Assembly: GCA_964016885.1 (NCBI GenBank)
Contig: OZ024761.1
Location: 8,618,001 to 8,682,000, forward strand
Direction of reading: 5' to 3'
From: Eledone cirrhosa
Lineage: Eukaryota
Length of the DNA: 64,000 nt
The position numbers were made by a program, and so were the translations under genes. The stretch's first letter is position 1; the number at the start of each line of letters is the position of its first letter. The notes below the pieces were generated by a model. The model was not told the origin of the DNA, ran no database searches, and worked only from the letters and a program-made list of their open reading frames with translations. Positions 59,220 to 64,000 of the stretch are shown here, in pieces.

Positions 59220-62133
59220 CTACAGGCTGATATAGAGAGAAGACCCATTCACTCTGGCCATTCTCCCTACTTTCACCCACCTTTCATAAAACTTGCTGGG
59301 GTAGAGCACCTCTCTCTCCATTCTGATCCTTCTTTTAAAATGGTATTTGAAAAAGGGGACCAGTTGTTGGCCGGAGAGAAAGGTGTCTGACCTCAGCCCT
59401 TTCAGCCTCGTCCACCATACAACTTCTTTAGCCATGGCTATCACACAGAGAAAAACCACCTCTCCTTCGTTTTTGAAAGGGGGAGGCGGTTTGATCGTGA
59501 CAATGGACTCGGTGGTCAACCGGATTGGTCCCACCCTCGACAGTAGTCGTTCCACATCGCCCCACAGGTCAGCAATGCCTGGGCAGTGTACGAATGCGTG
59601 CGCAACGGTTTCGTCGTCATGCACGCATCTCGGACAGATCTTATTCAAAGGATCCCTACCCAGGCTCCCATGCCTGTAGAGCTTGTCTCGAACGGGTAGA
59701 GCCCCTCGGTAGCACTGCCAAGCCAGGGACTTTTGGAAGTTGTCCATCGGTCCAGGGCCAAACGTCCTACCGAACAGACTGGCCAGTTCATCTTCCTCCA
59801 TGCCTAGAGCTTCTCCGAGAGCATCGTTGAACCTGCTGCGTACCAACCCTCTATAGAATGTTGAGGTGGAGTCTCCACTGATTGCCGGGTCCGCTTTCCA
59901 GAGGGCCGTGAGCGCCTGGGCACATTCAATGTGCCAGTCGCCCACTTTTCTCGGTCTTTGCTTGACCCAGGATTGCAGCTGGGTTCAGCTTGGCTCCTGT
60001 AAACCTTTCATATTCCTCCAGTAAGGTGCCGATCTCACCGATTTGCGAGGTTTTCGATACCATTACTGTCACATCATCGGCGTAGGCCGACGCCGCTTTC
60101 TGCAATCCCGGTTCCAAAGAGATGCCCTGCAACCGCTCCAACTTCCGCAGTAGTGGCTCAAGAGTCAGCACATACAGAAGGAAGGAGAGAGGGCATCCCT
60201 GTCGGATGGATCGCATGATTTGGAACGGCTCTGAGAGGTGGCCATTCACTTTGACCCTTGAGCAGACGTTGCTGCTGTGCATCGCAGCAATCCAACCCCT
60301 GAAAACGGGTCCGAAGCCTGCCGCCGCGAGCACCGCATCCAGGTAACGATGGTCAACCCTATCGAAAGCTTTAGATTGATCCAAGTTGATCAGGGCCCCA
60401 CCAAAGCCAGGTTCATTCCCTACCCTCTCTATGATGTATCGCATAAGGTGGAGATTGTCGTGAATGGACCTGGACGGGATTGCGCATGTCTGCGCTTCTC
60501 CCACCAGGTTTCCAACGACAAGTGCCAACCTCTTCGCTAACACCTTGGCCAAAATCTTTAACTCTGTATTTAGCAGAGTTATGGGCCTGAAGTTACTTAT
60601 GTCATCCCCCTTGTTCTCATCCTTCCTCACCAGCATAACTACGCCCTTGGTCACAGAACTGGGAATTCTCCCGTTCTGCTGCCAGTTGCAGTAGACTGCT
60701 TCGAGGATATCGGAGAACAAGTCCGGCATCGCTACATATAGCTCGTATGGTAGACCATCGAGACCCGGGGATTTGCGTTTGCCGCATTGGCTCAGCGCCG
60801 CCCCTATCTCAGCAGCTGAAATCGTCCTTTCGCAGGACTTCGCGTCCGAGAGGCGCGGCAGGCCGTCGAGGTATGGATTGAAATCCATAGTCTCACCCGG
60901 CGCGCCGCCTCTCTCGAACAGTCGTGCAAAGTGCCGCTGAAAGGCCGCACACATCTGCCCAGGTTCAAGGATCACATGCCCATCCTGGTCCTTCAAAGAC
61001 CGAATCGTGGACTTGTTCCTACTTTTTGCCTCTGTCACTCGGGCCCAGCTAACAGCTTTGGCTCCCTCATTACCCAGAGCACGTATTTTACTTCTGACAA
61101 CGCAGCCTTCATGCTTCACCTCAAAGAACTGGTCTAAGGCCATTCTTGATGCCAGCACGCCGGCTACATTGTCACTCCTAATCGCCTCTTCTACTCTATC
61201 TACTAATTCCCTTTCCGTCTTGTTCCTATCCCTTGCTAATTCCTGACTAAAACCTATCGATTCTATTCTAATTGCTCTCTTAAGAGAGCTCCACCACCTG
61301 TTGTTGACAATTGCCCCTGTCAAACTCTGCTTAACTAACGTGCTAATCCGTTTACTGTAAGCTTTGCTTGTCGGTAAGGAGAAGTTCAGCTTCCAGTAAC
61401 CGGGTCCCTGTCTATGGGTTCTATCAAGGTTGGCTATGCAGGTCACTAACTTGTGATCCGAATAGTCAACCATGAACATTTTTGGACAGCTAAATGTGTC
61501 CCTATCCTTCTCTCTAACTAGGACCCTATCTAGGTACGACCTAGATGTTCCGCTGCGATTGGTCCACGTCCATAGTGGTACAGTCGGAAAATCTAGTCGA
61601 TATCTATCGGCCAGGTCAAATTGGCCAATTAACCTTTTGAGGCTTTTACACCCCCCTCTATTGGCACATGCCCCTACATAGTCCCAACGTGCATCCAGGA
61701 TACCATTCCAGTCCCCCACTAAAAGCAAGGAGCGGGACGTTCCCAGAAAAGTTTCCAGACGTTGGAAGTATTCCGGCCGCGCTGCCCAAAAAGGGGCGTA
61801 CACAGCTATTAGTCTAAGGGCTCCACTTTCACTACTGCCGACGTCTAAAACCACCAGTCGACCCTCCGGGTCCAGGTGCACCTTCTGTATGGCGAGGCCC
61901 AGGTGTTTTCGCAGCAGAACGACAACTCCACCCCCACCCCCCGGTTGACAGAGAGATGCGAAGATCTCAAAGTCGTCGAAGAGGGGCGCCAGTTGGTGCT
62001 CGCTGCTGATCCTGGACTCGCAAATAGCCATTACATCCATTCTATGCGACCTGAGATCGTTTAAAAGTTTGCCTTGTTTCCAAGACAGTCCCAGGCCGCG
62101 TACATTCAGACACCCAACTCTTATATCAGCCAT
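59220..62133 (-). pseudogene. L1/Tx1 ORF2: APE endonuclease, RT and CCHC, frameshifted or internally deleted near 59990
   Basis: CLNVRGL, GDWN, YLDRVL, SDH, LDQSKAFD, QGCPLS, YADD, CPRC..ETVAHAFVHCP. Confidence 0.92.
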
Positions 62134-62154
62134 GTTGGTTAAAAGAGGAAGGAC

Positions 62155-63540
62155 CTACCTGTTCGGCTCCTGAGGAGCAGGTTGCACAATATTCATGGGC
62201 GTATTGGAGGGGTTGTTTGGTGGGGTGTTGTTCTGTGGCGGAGTGGGGGTGTTTGGTGAGGTGTGGGTGGGGAAACGTTTCAAGAGGACGCGGTTATAGG
62301 GTCGAGTACATGTTTTCCCCACGTCCTCAGGAAAGCTCTCTCTTAGTTTTGCATAGGTGTCCATTGGGAGTCTTATCATTTTTAAATGCGGTTTGTTGGC
62401 CGCGCTTGCAAAGAATTGCCCTTCAGTTTCCACCGAAGGGTCTTTGTGTATTGTGTTATTTAAGGGGCCGTGTCTTGTGTTATTTTTCCGTGTTGTTTTT
62501 GTTGTTGTTGTGGTGGTGGTGGCGGTGGTGGTGTGTGGGGTGTAGGCAAAAGAGCCTTTTTTTTTGTCAATTGAGGACAGGCAGCCCTTAGATGACCCCT
62601 GCTTGAACAGTAGTAACATATGGGCCTCCTACCCTCGGCTGAAATGTATATAAATGTTTCTCCATCGAGGGACACCCTCTGTGGTATTCTAGCTATTCGT
62701 TCTGGTCTCATTTGGACCAGAACCTCCACGCTCAAACTGCCAAAAACGTCTGTGGTGACTTCTCCTACTGAGAGGATTCCGTCCTCGTCTTCTAAAAATC
62801 CTGTTAGTACCCAGGAAATGCATGCATTTGGCCGGATTCCGGAGACCCTTATTTTCTGTGTTCTTTTCCCTAAATATGTGGGGAAAAAATGTGTGTAGCT
62901 TGGAAACAATTGGCGCCACAGAGTATTTCCTGGCCGTCAATTGATCCTTCATTAGCACCGTTATATTCCCATAGAGTGGCCCTTTTTGTATGAACGATAT
63001 ATCACTCCACACACTTTTTAGGACCAGCTCAATTTCTTTTTGGGATAATTGAGCTGGTTTCCTTGTTATGTTGGAAATTGTTCTGAAAGATATCGTTCTT
63101 AGTGTCGTGTCTCTTTTGATTTCTTGTGGGGAGGTGATTGTGAAGTCTCCTCCTTCTTTGAAAGTTACATACTGTTTTGCTTCCTTCATCTTTTCTCTCA
63201 GAGTTGTAATGTCCAGTTGCTTGCAGGTCTGTGTTTACCAGACCGCCTGTGCAAAGGAGGGACCAGTAGTGGGTTCGCTTTGTTTGGTGTTATCGTTATT
63301 TTTTCCTTGGTTGGTGTTGTGACTATTGCTGTTATTGTCGTTGTTGTTTTTGTCTGCGTTTATGTGACTTTCTGGGTTTTCAGCCATTTTTACAAATTTT
63401 TCTTTTAATTCCGTGTTCCATGTTTCTTTTGCAGAAGTGAGGAGGGAAGACTTAGAGCCTTGTGCTTCTAGCTTCTCTGTATCACCTTTCTTAGGGGGCG
63501 TGGCTTTCACGTTAGGATGAGATGTGAAAATTCCGTCCAT
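62155..63540 (-). pseudogene. L1/Tx1 ORF1 (gag-like, zinc knuckle), several frameshifts
   Basis: CYYCSSRGHLRAAC (CX2CX4HX4C); ORF pieces 63235-63540, 62689-63189, 62460-62909 and 62155-62619. Confidence 0.8.
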
Positions 63541-63747
63541 TTCTATTAGTTTGCCGTAATAAATTTTTAACTGGAAAATTCGCCCCAAAAAGGGGCGAAA
63601 ATAAATAAACTCAAAGTTTGACGACCAAGGCAAGGGGTTAACGTATATTACAGTATAAAAAAATTAATCAAAACTCACTTTTGAGTAAGTAAATCCGACT
63701 CGGTAGCCGAGCTTGTTCACACACGTCAACACACGTCTCTCGTATAC

Positions 63748-64000
63748 GAGATGTTATGTGAGATATTATGTGACGTAAAGCCTTTACTGTGAAAATACAA
63801 TAGTATATATAGAGTAATGTAAATGTTATGTGAGATATTATGTGAGGTAAAGCCTTTACTGTGAAAATACAATAGTATATATAGAGTAATGTAAATGTTA
63901 TGTGAGATGTTATGTGAGGTAAAGCCTTTACCTTGAAAATACAATAGTATATATAGAGTAATGTAAATGTTATGTGAGATATTATGTGACGTAAAGCCTT
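63748..64000 (-). repeat. Continuation of the MITE-internal array as 72-bp units
   Basis: The 60-bp unit plus a duplicated 12-mer ATGTGAGAT(A/G)TT. Confidence 0.85.

Larger units (their letters stand above)
58986..63747 (-). mobile_element. Near full-length L1/Tx1-like LINE (5' UTR, ORF1, ORF2, 3' UTR)
   Basis: Two-ORF layout; 3' end AATAAAGAAACC matches the end of the copy at 10865-11373. Confidence 0.92.

Overview
AT-rich, microsatellite-rich animal DNA; the SINE and RTE families suggest a cephalopod such as octopus (inference). One host gene is clearly present: the first three coding exons of a POT/SLC15-family proton-coupled oligopeptide transporter (SLC15A4-like) on + at 38935-39516, 53771-53951 and 58568-58691. 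Most of the rest is nested mobile DNA: many RTE LINE pieces whose RT carries an in-frame PHD-type finger, a near full-length L1/Tx1-like LINE, a CRE-clade element, Helitron, Gypsy, Vingi-like and Penelope-like remnants, CORE- and Meta-type SINEs, DNA-transposon MITEs, and four large satellites. Two RNA-level signals stand out. First, about ten minimal type I hammerhead ribozyme motifs lie between 36.9 and 53 kb, eight of them in SLC15 intron 1, including two divergent inverted-repeat pairs (one intronic, one upstream of the gene). Second, a covarying H-type pseudoknot module recurs in RTE/SINE tails and is amplified into a ~22-copy satellite. All calls are by eye; degraded-repeat boundaries are approximate and no database search was run.
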